Of a DNA stretch of 64,000 bases, positions 1-14,000 are shown in pieces. The translations under genes were made by a program, and so were the position numbers. Under the pieces are notes generated by a model that saw only the letters and a program-made list of their open reading frames with translations, was not told the origin of the DNA and ran no database searches. The stretch's first letter is position 1. Every line of letters begins with the position of its first letter. The DNA comes from Phoronis australis (Eukaryota > Animalia > Phoronida), in assembly GCA_002633005.1 (NCBI GenBank), contig NMRA01000344.1:62001-126000 (forward strand). Direction: 5' to 3'.

Positions 1-149
1 ATTATATTTTTCGAATGTGAATTAAATTTCTATGTTCTTTTTTGAAAAGCCTTAGATATGGAGGTTCTACCTTCAGCTTTCTACAGTATATATTCTTTTT
101 GGTCAAAAGAACGGTAAGATTAAAAAGTTCACTCGCGTTTCCATTTTAC

Positions 150-650
150 CACTGGCTTTCATTTTTAATGATACCCTTTAACTGCTTGTTGCTGCATTTT
201 CCCGATTTTGGGAATTGTGCAGCCAGTCTGGAGCAATATCTCTCCAAGCCGGCTGCTTACGTTGACTTGATTTGGCACCAGTTTTCTTGTTCTCTATAAC
301 ATTGGCTTTTTCTCTGATCAGTTATGGGAGGGAACATTTTTCCTCGTGAGAAAAGCTTTTAGGCCTTTTTCGCTAATGTCTGCACTGATTTTATTGCTGT
401 GTGCCATTGTGCACCCACTTGATCAAGGTTTCATTGAAGCACTTCAATAGTTTCTGTATTGGGTTAATCCGAATTGTTACAGTAGGCTTGCATACTATAA
501 ACATGATTTAATAAACCAGTTCCCTGATCTAACAAAATCAGGCTTTCAGACTTTTCAACCACATTGGTGAAATTCACTTTAGGTCTAAAATTAGACCAGA
601 TTTAGGAAGACCAGGTTTAAGTCTTTAACCTGGTTTTGTTAAACTACCTC
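150..650 (-). mobile_element. Decayed PIF/Harbinger-like remnant with Myb/SANT-like coding fragment
   Basis: Minus strand from 372 reads RKRPKSFSHEEKCSLP*LIREKANVIENKKTGAKSSQRKQPAWRDIA, then QLK after a frameshift; possible terminal sequence near 630-650. Confidence 0.6.
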
Positions 651-1162
651 TATAAAATCGGCTGATATGTGTCTAAGTTCTAAGAGAGTTGGACGAATTC
701 ACGTGTTTGAACTCTGGTGGGTTTGCAGTGCTAGGATTATGGAATATGAGAACACTACTACAATTTCCTTAAGAAAATACGCCTAGCCCCAAACGATTGC
801 TTTTTCTGTCGCAGCTGTAGCCACTATCTTTTGTACACCTTTTCTCTTACATGTGGTCATATCCATGGATAGTCAGTAGATGTAACTACTCAAGCCACTA
901 TGTTAAGTCTTTTCTCAACCAATATGTTTTACACTTTTCTTGGTCTGTCGACAAAGAATCCGTGTTTATTTATTGTTAAAGAAACCCAATCAACTGATTA
1001 CTTAGAAATAGACGTGTTGTTACAACTGGCCCTAAAATACAGGTAAAAATTTATCAAATGATCGGTGATATATTTTGGGCATTTTCTTAAACCAAACCGT
1101 TATTCTAAAAGGTATGCATTGGTATTCTTAACTATAAAGTACTAACTATAGGTTATACTTAC

Positions 1163-1300
1163 CATTTCTGAACCAACACGGCAAACAGCTCTATCAGGCT
1201 TACGCATGTCACTGGGACAATTTTTGGAATTCCCTCTGCAGTATTCGACACGATCGCATGAGTCGGTCTTGTCCCTACACACTTCCGTCGATGGTTTGAA
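1163..1300 (-). CDS. Module 4 disintegrin loop exon ([46 protein letters not shown])
   Basis: ttcaag/GTAAGT, 138 nt, phase 0 to 0; gene presumably continues past window position 1. Confidence 0.93.
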
Positions 1301-4300
1301 CTTGAACACAATTAAACAAACATTTCCGTTGAAGCGGCTATAAATTTAAATTCCATGTGCGAAGAGACAATTAGATTTAGACTATTTGCCGTTACAAAGT
1401 TGGTCCAAACTTGTTCCTTACTCAGATAACAAAAATGTTCGGCTTTAAAAAATGACAGCAGCGTAACTCATAATAACCATACTCGCCCGAAATGACACGT
1501 TAGCAGCCTGGTTCAAAGTAATAACGAACCGCCAGTTCTTTTGAAATCCTCAAATCAAGTCAACTTTTACAAAGGGGCAATATGACTGAAATTCTGTTGC
1601 AAAAGTAGTTTAAATCAAGCAAGATAGAAAGCGGGTGAAGTCAATTAAAATGGCAAGTAATACAAGCGTCTGAATCAATGGTATGAACAGATTTTCTTCT
1701 TTTCTGAAAATAGGCTTGTATGGGAGATAATGTCTCGTTGCATTTCGGTTTAAAAAGCATTGGACTATGTAGCTGGATGCGCAGGAGTCATAAATTTAAA
1801 ACGTTTCAGCTAAAAATACTCTCTTAGTTAAACCCCAATTCAATTCGCTTAAAATACGCTCTGTTCACACCCCAACCATACACGTATATCGGAGGAAGGT
1901 TCCAATGGAGTTGAACGGTAGTTGCCAACATTTCCAACATAACACTTGTGGGTGACGTCTTAAAACGTTGACGTCATATAAAATGCGTTGCTTTCTCGCG
2001 GAGAATTTATAATGTGTTAACTTAAAACGTTCAAGATGAAAGGTTTTAAAATGATCGTACGCACCCAACCTATGATAAGGACATTGGAACTGCCACCACG
2101 TTATTCTTGTTTTACAAGAATTTCATTGCGTAACCATATATTATAGACAACAGATTCGCAACTCTGACATTTTCTTCAGTGTTATCCAAGAGGCGGCGCC
2201 ACTCTCCTCATTTATCTGGTTCATTTCCCGGTTAGTGTATTGTGACGGGAAATTCTCACATCTATTTTACTGTCCAGTACAAAGAAAGCAAAATAATAAT
2301 TTCGGCATCGAAACGCTGTTCAAAATCTTAAAACAGTAGAACTGTTGGCATCGTGAGCACTTTTAGCAATGCTACTGCTACCCGACCACACAACAACCGA
2401 CCAAGATTAGCAGACGACGTACTTGCCGGAAGTAATGCCAAGTAATTGTTCCACGTGTCGTTAGTGAATAATGACGTAACGTTATGCGGACGAGCACACA
2501 TTTCGTCCATTGAAAGTATACGGAGTTGGCGGTCCATGTACTATAGTCTACGGTGTAAGGAAGTGATTAGAAATCAGACTACTTTCCACGTGTAGACTGA
2601 ACATCTTTTATGAATTAGGTCAAAGCTACGCGGCAAGAAAACGTTAACACCAATCGTCTACTGCACTCGGTAACAAAAGGATACGCGGAATAATGTCCAG
2701 TGGGATATGCCTTCATGTACGCCAATCCAGGTGCGTTTTTTTATTTATCCCATACGCTTCGAATTCTTAACTTACTTTCGTTTTTTCGGCAGATATTTAA
2801 ATACTTCACCCACACTGTTCACGTAGCGGATCACATGTACTTGCGCGTTAGATAAGAAGTTTTCTCACGAAAAAGAAGTTGTAAATGTAACAATTTATTG
2901 CTTAAAAAGAGACAACAAAGACGAAAGTAACGGTTTTTGTGCATTGAATTTGTAGCATTTCCTGAAAATAATTAAATAACAATATTTAACAATGCAGTTA
3001 CCGAGGAATCGGCACTGGGAAAGTTTGATGATCGAGCCCGCTACCCGAAGTTGATTCGACTTCGACTTACCTTTTGAACGTTTCATGTCAGAAGCCATTA
3101 TTAAAGTAGTCCCGGGAAAGCAATCCGGAGAACAGTATCACATGGCCATATTGTACTCGACTTATTCAACGCGTAAAAAGAACGTTTGGCAGCTACGTGA
3201 TGGAAAACCTATTGTAGCACTTTGAATTTCAGTGCCCAATGCTTTACCTGACAAACGTTCAGATCGCAGCAAGGTCCATCAGCACATTGTGACCTGGAAG
3301 TCAACGTGCACGTCCAAGGATCACAGCAGCGGTGGTTACACTGAGAGGGTAACCCGCAGTCGCATTGTTCGCCAGTTTCCACAATACCGTTCATGCATGT
3401 AGGCTTTGCCTGAAAAGACAATGTTTGACATTAAACGTTTACCTATTCTGAACAAAAACAAGTTAGACGAAAACCAAAGTTGTCATTGTTATTCAGATTT
3501 GTTAATTCAGGTCCCACTTTCAGCCTAAGGAGGAAATAACATACGTCAGAATTTGGAATCGTTGATTTTAAAGCTCAAGGATAGAGTGCAATTAGAAATC
3601 TCTTACCAAGCGTCATGTCTAACTATGGTGTGTTGACAGACCAATGCAGAAAGACTATAACCTGACGTTGCTACCGGCTGCACAATACTCTAGGAGTTGC
3701 AGCATATGACCACGCTGTGTGTCAGTCAATCCCCCCCCCTTGTTTGCCACACATGTACATGTATAAAACAGCAAAGGTCTGAGGAAATACATAGTTTATT
3801 AATTAACCCCGGAAATGAATATTATACGGTAGAAATACAATTTTACAGTGTGTGGAGTTTAGTTTGCGTGAGCGTGTGGGTAAGGGGCTCAGACTAGATT
3901 TCAAGTGTCTGATTGAGACAGCCGGCGCAATTGTAATGGTAACTATGGTTCGGTAATGCCGCTCCTATTCGATGCGCGCGTGATATCCCAGGCGACCGGC
4001 AGAAAAGCTGCGCATTGCTTCTAGCTGTTTCCGTCGTCTGCTCCACTGTGCAATGAAGAAAATTACTTCATTTTTAAAGAAAACAGAAGCTGAGTGACGA
4101 TGACGAAACAGAAACTAATGGCAGTAGTAAATTTTAATCGGAGCCTTAGTGAATTACACAGAAACTCATAATTCTCTGGGTCGTGGGATTTTACAGCGCT
4201 AGTCACGACTAACGACCAGGCCAAAGACAAAGTAGAGCCGTAGAGGACTGGCTACACCTCAGAAAAAAGGAAAATGCCTGATTTAGGAAGCGAAAACAGT

Positions 4301-4982
4301 CTTTCTCTGGGAAGAAAGGGAAACCCCCATCACGGCCCCCCTCATACGGCTTTACGTGCGTCTACAATCTCGCTTTGCGCTAGACAAAATGTTGCCCTCT
4401 CCTTATGAAATCCAAGATCTGCCTCTGCAGTACGGTGTTGAAAACGGAAATTTTAATAGCCCGGACGTTGTTGCAATAGAGGCTCAGATTTGGATTTAAT
4501 GTGGTTGTTCTCTTAAGTCAGGTACGGAAGTTCTAATCAGATAACGAGTTGGGAGCGAAGGCTCCTTGTAGGGGTCACAGGGAAGAGGGTGAAATGTTGA
4601 AGGCATCAGGCGTGAGGTATTCGTGTCCTCTGTGAAGCATGAAAGACATCAGAAAGATTTTACAGTGACTACATCTCTAATTAGGACGTCTACCACCAGC
4701 CCCTGCAGACGTGTGTGCTACCTTGCCTTTTGCGTATCTGTACGCGTTCTTTCAGTAATAATTTATATCTCACTTATTCACTTACCGTATTTGTTGTAAT
4801 AATGGATTGGCAAGTCGCGTTAACACACACCTAAATGAAGGAATGTCATGGATTACGAAGCAGAACGTCATCACAAATGTTTATGCTAAAGGAGATACAC
4901 GACTTATGATTAACTTACACACACGCACCCACAGACACAAACAGACAAACGCGTGCGCGCACACACACACAGACACAAACAC

Positions 4983-5018
<36 letters not shown>

Positions 5019-8000
5019 ACACACACACAAACACACATACTTACACATGCAAAAATCATTCGCATAAATAAAACTCTTGGACAGGGGAGAATTTCGATTA
5101 GCAACTTAACGGGCGAGACTGCTACTGAACCTCTTTGGAAAACATGTATTTTAAAAGTGTGTCATCCGAACTCCGAGCACAGAAATATAGTTTGTATTTC
5201 GTCCCGAAAAGTTGCACGAGTAACTTTCACCATTAAGACCAAGCATAACTACTCAAAATAGACCTACCTTCCCAATGCCGCAAATACTGCCGTCTTCAGT
5301 CATGCCAAAGTCGGGATTGGCCCTAAATGTGATGGCTCGGCATCCACCGTGGTTCATCATGAAGTCCGGGTAGGCGGAAAAGTGGTAGGCATCGCCGCCG
5401 CTACACTGCAGCGAACCGCACATCAAGTCCCTGTCGAGAGAAATGCTACATTTAACTTAAATATATAGTCTACATGTGGGTCGAAGAGAATGGATTAGAG
5501 TGGCCACTGTTACTGTACGTTTCATGCAATGATTCGTTAAGTCTGGTATAGGTAGCGTTGTTGTCTGGTACTGGGTTCTATTTAGTGTCATAAACAAGCA
5601 TAGCGTTAGCTTCCTGGGTCTTCTTTTCTCATTGCAGCAGCATAAGTTACGTGAGAACAATAGAAAGCTGCGATAGAGGTTGGGGAGTTGGTCATACATT
5701 AGCCGAAAAAGAAACGGGACCAACCAGTTACTGTTGGGTAAGCCAAGGACTGCGCTGTAGTGAAAGTAGAAGACGTGTTGAATGATGGTAATGGCTTGGG
5801 ATACACTGGACTAGATTCCGTTTTCCTCAAACACGAAGAAAGTCGTGTGAATGACGCACAATAGGATTTTGAGCGTTTTCAGTGTAAGACTAACATCAGC
5901 CAAAACAAAACTGACTTTGGCAAATAAGTGTCATAAATTATAGAAGTATGACTCTGATTACCGTTGTATCTAGTCTTAAGGGGTTCCCACCATGAACCTG
6001 TGTCTACAGCGGAATTTTTAATTACATATTTAGAGATTTGATAGCCTATAGTACAGCTGTGCTAAGAGACATGCCAAAGATTTTTAAAAATCATTTTTCT
6101 GTTATCGGTGTTGTACGTGATGGGTGAAAGATCGTCTCCGCCGTTGGTGTTTTACCAGAGCGTTACGATTTGCTAGGAAAGTCCGCGGAAAACTGCATTT
6201 TTCTGACCTGAAAAGATGTGTTCGTGGAGGCTACAACTTAACCGAGAGCGTCTCTGTGTTCGAATTTCTTAAAGACGTACAAATTGTACAGAAATGGCAT
6301 CAGTATGTGCGCTGTAAGAGAGTGTGGAACATACGATTCTGTCAGGAGCCCATGCATTGCTGTAGATGTAAAAAAGAGGTAAGTAGGCGCCCAAAGCCCG
6401 CCGTATCACCTTGAACACCGAACGTAATTTAAGGTGCGTAGGCGCTACGTTCAAATGTCAAAAGGTGGTTGGCTGCGCCAACGTGCGCCTACGCCCCACT
6501 ACAGCACTGCAGGAGCCACACATTTTTGGACTTATTTCAGTTAAGAAATCGCGTTGAATCGAGTGACCTTTGTCTGTGATTATTAATTGTCCATTTTGTG
6601 AATATTGACCACCCCTTAGTTCAGTTAGTTGTGGCTCACATACTGTATGTCTGCTGCATTTCTCGTGCACGTGGAGTTCATATGGCCTCTAAGCCGACAA
6701 AAGTTCACTGAGTGATAAATCGAATTCTCACTTTAAGTGTAATGCCGTATCCACTCTCCTCTGTCTACATGACAATTGTCCAGTTCTCGCTCAAAATCGT
6801 GCCCATCTTCTGACCTGCTGTGTTCCGCCATTGCAATAGCGGAGTTGCAACATGCAATGATTGCGCATGTCCGGAAATTAGTGTGTGCAAAACCTATTGG
6901 GATTGATAGACGTTTCAGGAATGGCCGACTGGTGTGCACGACGTGTGATTTGTGTGCATTAAACTACGCTGCTGTCTGTAGGTCAGTTTCCAACATACGT
7001 TTTCTTGCCGCCCTCAAAACAAAGATTTTATAGATACCTAAGATCTCCGACTTATGACCTAAATAGTCACAGCATTACAAGTAGCGCCACCTTCTGGAAG
7101 GCGCTCAAATACAGCATAATAACACGGTTGACTGTAATGCCACTGTGTCATCTGGTGCTTACAAAATACTTTGTTTCGCTTGCCTAAAGATAAGGAGAGG
7201 TAAGNCAATTGTCCAGTTCTCGCTCAAAATCGTGCCCATCTTCTGACCTGCTGTGTTCCGCCATTGCAATAGCGGAGTTGCAACATGCAATGATTGCGCA
7301 TGTCCGGAAATTAGTGTGCGCAAAACCTATTGGGATTGATAGACGTTTCAGGAATGGCCGACTGGTGTGCACGACGTGTGATTTGTGTGCATTAAACTAC
7401 GCTGCTGTCTGTAGGTCAGTTTCCAACATACGTTTTCTTGCCGCCCTCAAAATAAGCGCTGCATACTTTATGCCACGAAGTCGGAACAAATGCACTAAAT
7501 TGGGTAAAGACCTGCCGGTTTAACGGCTTTGTGAAGAGCAGTGGTTGTAACCTAATTCAATCTATGAATCAATATAAAGGTGGGTGTAGAAGTTCTCTTT
7601 GTAGTCGAGTCACATAACGCTCTAGCGACCACAGTTTATGACGAAAATGGCTGAAAATTTTATTGTATGATGAAAATTGAGGTGTTGACGCCTGAACAAG
7701 AGCGGTTTCATGCAGTTTGGTTTTGGTTCCGTTTCATTGGAAGCAGGTGAAGAGTCTAGCTTTTAGTGGATCGACGATAACACAACATTCTTCTTGAGGT
7801 TGTGTTAATACGCATTACGATGCTGTAAGGGTTCGTGTGGGTGTTGTATTCTCAAACACATCTTGATAAAAAACTTTCATCAGACTTGAATGAACACTGC
7901 TTATTTTAAGAGCCTAACTTGGCCTCTCCAGTACCATTAGGTCACAGACTTAAGTAACTGGTGTTCGTACATATGTATCATGCCGTTAAGAGGAGACTTC

Positions 8001-11000
8001 TTCATTGAGCAAGCTACAGCAGGTCAATTCATGCCTTGCGTAGCATCTTGCATCAGTTAACATGATGATAAACCTAAATTCATACAGTAAATTCTTTGAA
8101 ACAATCTTTAGAAGAACAGCCTACAGTCAGTTTTGGTTGAAGACACAAACGGCTTTGGCATCGCATTAAGGGAACGGTACATACTTTTGTAAGCATTGCT
8201 GGAAATTTCCATTGTTGCTGTCGTAACCACAATGGCCGGCGTGGTTGCCAACAGAGTTTTTCTTGTAGCAGTCAATATTTGCTACATGGGCTGATGATCC
8301 CCAGAGCAGTCTACATTTGGCGTTGCGACTCACGCACTTTCCTTCGTAGCAGTAAGACTACAAGACATAGAGACACGTTCTTGACATTAGGTGTTTAATA
8401 GTAACACACCATTAGAGATCATTTTTGCATAATATTTCACTGCCATCCACTTCCTGCATAATATAGCTCTTTGTCAAAAGCAAAACAATGGATTAAATAG
8501 AAGATGCCGTAGTTGATTCGCACCTTCGACTGAATACTTGTCATGATATCGCGGCCGCAAGCGATTACTCAATCGGCAGTAATGGGAAAACGACATGACA
8601 ACCGACACAGGAATCTGCGATACTTTTGAAAAATGCTCTGTTGTCTATAAAGACAGCCAGATTTGAACCCGGGTCTATAAATGAGAATTCGGGTCTCAAA
8701 ACACCGATCCACAGCTAGTGTCTATTCCTCCTATTGCAAGTTATTCAATTGATTCCACACTTGAATTTTTCTGAAATTCACCCTTCAGGTGATCGCTGCA
8801 ATGAGCCCACCTGAGCGGCCTGTGCATGTCTGGTACAACTTGTTTCCGACCCCATGCAATTATTTATATGACCCTACAGCAAAAGGCACAACATTAAAAA
8901 TACCGATTGAGTTGAGAGATAAAGTGTTGCACCTTGATTGCCTGAATGTCATATTGAGTGAGGGTTACGAGGCGAGAGAGAATCTTAGACGTTTCGGACA
9001 CGCGTACCAAATCGAAAATTCCTACCAACGACAAATCACGTCAGTCATTAAATCAAAATTCAAATACGGATTTCCTGATAGATCTGTACATACTCTGTCT
9101 CCCTCTATTGTGCACAGGTCTCCAGACTTAACCAGGTCGGCAGGACACTGGCTCGAGTGGCCGTCACACATTTCTTCTACGTCACATGTGCCGCGTGATG
9201 TTCTGCAGACGGTCCGAGCCGGGAGCAGCTTGAAACAGGCAAAGTTGCAGGTAAGCTAGATTGATGTTTCGATTTTTGTATAATTAAACAATAAGGCACC
9301 ATGTTGGCCGTAAAAACACGAATGAAATAAAATGTTTAAAGATTGGTTAAAGTTCACAATTTTTAAGATTGGCCATCATCTGAACAGAAATTCCGTTGCA
9401 ATAACTTGTTTGATTAAACAACAGAACTGAGGAATATCGTACACAACAACATACCTGGCACGTTTCTGTATTGCAGCATCCTCCCGTGGCGCATTGTGAG
9501 CCAGTCTTATATTGACACGTCATGGTGCAACAACGACTCGTGTAAAGGCAAGGGATACCACAGTCGCATTCTTCTCCACTGTCAACGCGGCCATTTCCAC
9601 AATCTACACAAGACCAACAAAGAGCGTTGACATGGCCCACGGCATGTTAAGTAAACTAGTAATAAAATAGTTATGATTAAAAAGGTGTTCATTACAGAAC
9701 CGGGGACATTCCTTCCAAAAAGGACATAAAAATATTGTTGAGCTCGAGCGGCCGAACGCAGTTGCTGTCTTGTCTTTGCGTGATGAAAGTAGCAAAGATA
9801 AGACAATGATTTAAATGGAAAACACTTACCCCAAAACAACTAAAATTGTCACTACAGATATGGCTGAACATTGAAAACAGTCGCTAGAACACACATCCCT
9901 ATAGATGTATTGTGTGGTTCAGAGTGATCAAGCAGAACGGAACAGCAATGTAAACTGGGTTCTTTTTCGTTATATTGCGACACCCAGACGTCGCCACATT
10001 AGGGTGAGTGCAACTGCGGATCAGTTTGAGCGTGTGAATTGGTGTGGCAACACATTTTCTTCTGACTGTGTTTGTTTCCCCTTTATACTGTGAAGGTTAT
10101 GTGAACTAGTAAGTGTAGGTCTTTTCACGTATTGAAGCACTCAGAACACGACGTTAAAAAACAATATTTTACTTATTTTTGTATTTTAGAAACCATAAAT
10201 GTACCGAGAAAATAAAGGATAACACGACTTCGTAGGATGTCTTGGTTGTTATAAACAAAATGAGGTCAGAGAGACCATTATAACCAAGTTTATAGAAATG
10301 AAGAGGTTTGCAACCCTCATTACGCTCCAGCGATTAGGTAGACCTCAAACGGACGTCAAATATATGACATCAACACCGGTTACGTAACGGCATTAGGCTG
10401 TTCTCAGAATTGACCTATCGCAACCCCCGCCCCTTACTTAATACGTCGACAAACAACCTTCATGTATAAGTTTCACCCGGCAACGTGTTGTATGTCGGAT
10501 AAAATGGCGGCTTTGAAACTAAGATGTGTCAAAAATGATGCGTTCTGATTGGTCAGTTGAGCCACGGCTGAAATTGGATGTCATTACTGCTGTTGTTCTC
10601 TAATTAAGCGCGCTGTGGGGACAAGAACTGCCTTGTGCAACAGATTCATACAGTGCTAGTCTTTTTGTTGAAAGGCAGTTGGTGTCAAACTATGCATTTA
10701 ATGGGATTGCGTATAGGCGACTCAGTTAGGTCTAAACGAAATGTACACGTGTCTTCCCCATGCCAAAAAACGCATCCATTAGATTTCTTGAAGATACCTC
10801 TAAGAGATTTATCAAGAATGAGACATAAGCAAAACAGATTCCGTGATCTGCATGGTAGACCTGTACTAAGACATCAAAGCAGGTTTAACTTTAGACCTGG
10901 TCATGTCAGCTGTGTATGCAGAGTAGACTTACTTTTTGAAAACAAGGGGATTGAGATTAAAAAGCTTGTTTAGACGGGAGCCATTTCAAAAATTGATTAT

Positions 11001-14000
11001 TTCTTATTGATCGGCAAGCACGGTATTGTTTGAAAATATAACTATAACCTTCTGTAGTTTGCTACGAAGAGCTGAATTCAGACTGTAATCTTTGACTTGC
11101 GACTTAATCTATACGTGAGGATACCCACCGTGTTATCATTTTTGTCTCTTTTTGAATTCATTCCTGTTCAAAGAACTAGTGCTCGTTCCACGATATAAGT
11201 TCGAAATTGCTTTAAGCTGAATTCTAGATGAAGACATTTTTCGTGAACTTCCGGTCACTTGGAAATTAGAATAGCTGGCAACGGACGTACCAAACACACC
11301 CAATTTCATGTGGAACGAGCAACAGTATTCAGTGGTTTAATTGAGTTATTTGACCTAGGTTTCATTGAAAGTAGGTTGTAAGGAAAGAAAACGGCCAACG
11401 TCGAAATCAGCGATGTTAAATAAGCGGTAAAATAGCGGCTGCTATATGCCTATCGAATAATCTGTACCTGGACGTGGATTTGTCATAGACAAAAACGAAA
11501 ATGTGTTATAGTTTCTTTTAGTCCAATCTACAGCAACTTCTCTACTGAGTACGACTGTACATTGAATCTAAGTGAACACATTACCTTCAAGTAGGCCAAC
11601 CTCCTGAAATTTCTAAAAGTAACCTCCCCCGCTTTCGATAATGATCATACAGTAATTCTTCTTGTCTAATGGTCGTTCTCCGTGACATGGACATGTTCAG
11701 TATAAAAGTGCTCATGATTTGAAAATTTTGGAAAAATGTCCGGCGGACGCCCTTCTACTAGCTCACGTAATAAAGAGAAAATAACACTTACTAGAGGAAG
11801 GTGCTGGTGCCCCGCTGTGCACGCTTCCACCGGCTCCTGAAGAGCTACATGTCGGTGGCGTGTAACCAGAGTCGCAATAGCAGTCTCCTGCGTTGTCACA
11901 AACCTGAGACAGACAGCAACTACAGAACTACCAGCATTGAACACCATCTTGTTCCTACATGACTTAGTTATTCACGGGAGATTAGCATAAAATCGCTGTG
12001 GACGAGAAGATCAAACAACTTGAAAACATTTTGTATTGCGTGAGGCAAGTATGAAGAGAACAAACTTTTTATCGTTTCATAAGAAATTATTACAGAACAG
12101 AAAAGGATTTGAACTTATCATGTGTTGTATGTGTAATCGTTGACGAATGACATGAGCGTCTCTTCACCAACCGTACACGTGTTAAGCCAAATTGAACAGC
12201 AGTGAAATTAGTAGTGCTTTCAACACTTTCAGTTAAGCCGGTGTCTTGCAACATCACACAGCAGTTGGAATGAAATATCCCGCCAGCATTTGCTTAGTAA
12301 ACAACTGGAGATACACTTCAAACAAAATGGCCGTCATTGGCAACACTTAGACGGCCACTAAAAACAGTGCAGGTGGCCTGATGTCATTTGTGGTGCATCA
12401 GACGTGCCTCATGGTTGGACCTATTGCAAAAAACACCTGAGGTAAAGCACGAGAGCCCCGTTCTTCGGGAAGGAACTTTTCAACTCTGCCAGTCTCCTTT
12501 AAGAAAACAGACAGACGTTTCCATTTGTTGACATGTATTATATGTTGTAGGCATGTAACGGTGACATCCAATAGGTAGCTCCTTAGCCTATAAAAAGCTG
12601 GGCAAGACTCTGCCAGATATTTAGGGGACACACTAGGCACCCCACATGCTCAGTAATGTGACTGTGTCGGGTTAGGTTACAGAGCCCTTTAAAATTTGAA
12701 TCTATCTACACTCAGAAGTTTTTTTTTTAATCTTTTGGTGGATCACGTTGGGAAAATTCTCCTTGGTCTATCTGCAGGGGTTAAGTGATGGCCATTGGGC
12801 TATTGACTGGATGTGTGTATTTATTCTGCAGCACCCGTAAGGTGCAACAGTTTTGCCGTCAACAATGACACATACACTCACATTAAAATCATACTGGACA
12901 TCGTCAAAATTCAATAAGGTTTGGTGCGCCAAAACGCAACTAAACATCCTTTTCTTTTCAACTATAATCCGTGTCAATACTGGGTTAATGAAACAAAACA
13001 TCCAATAAACGCACTTACACCATGGGAAGAGCAAAGGCAGGTGTCTGGTCTTGAAATATCTTGGCATTTTTGATCCACACACATCTGCGGAACACATTTC
13101 ATTACAACATACCATACGAGCGTCTCACCAACACTTCTCGGATCCAAAAACTGCTTTATACATACAAACATGAATCTCTTGTCAAAAGCAATAACGTCTG
13201 TTTTTTTCAATCGCAGTAAACGTATTTTGCAAGCTTGCTGAGATTAGAAGTGATTTCTGGGCTTGAATGAAAGAACGGACAATTCTCTATTCACCACTTG
13301 CACGCATTCGGCAAAACGAGGCCACCTGTCAAACTTCGCAAACATGGTTCATTGCTGTGTGCCGCTGTGCAGTAACTCGTCCAAGAAAAAGTCGTCATTT
13401 TCCTTCCATAAGTTTCCGAGTGACCAGACAGTACGCAACAAGTGGATAGTTAATATCCGTAGAGATCCAGGAAAAGACATTAACGTAAGTTTACAGACAA
13501 TTGCCTTCGAAATAATCCGATTGAAATCCTTGAAAGCCGGTGTCCTGTCATGGCCACTTCTCCCGTTTCCACACGTCGTAAGGTCGATTGTAAATAGGCT
13601 ACTTGAAAAAAAGACTTATTTTTGCCAAATTGTTAAACGCTTTCGTGTGTTTGACAATGTAATTTTTGTCTAAGACGCATTCTTTTGATCTTACCGAATA
13701 TTTATGCGATTTAATCCCATCGTTGGTCTGCTCGGCCTGAGCCTGACTGACTGTACTCACTGAATTGGTACGTCAGGTACGCGTCCCCTTACAAAAATGA
13801 ACTTGAGTTTTCATCGAAGAACTTAAATTTTGGTCTGAAAAACTTATGTTTTCATTCACGAAAACTTAAGTTTTTGGCGAAAAGTTAAGTATTTTGGAAC
13901 AAGTTTTTGGGACGAACTTAAGTTTTTCAAAAACTTAAGTTCTGAAAACGTTTTTCAAAAACCTGAGTTCTGAAAACGGCGGCTTACTCGGTGTACGATG

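Noticed and set aside
4807-5261. His/Thr- and Cys/Val-rich ORFs (also 50581-50848)
   Set aside because: Translations of (CA)n microsatellites.
8789-9259. 156-aa plus-strand ORF, and similar antisense ORFs at 23701-24029, 28071-28418, 50152-50415, 51600-51926, 59182-59391
   Set aside because: They overlap real minus-strand ADAM exons and show no recognisable motifs.
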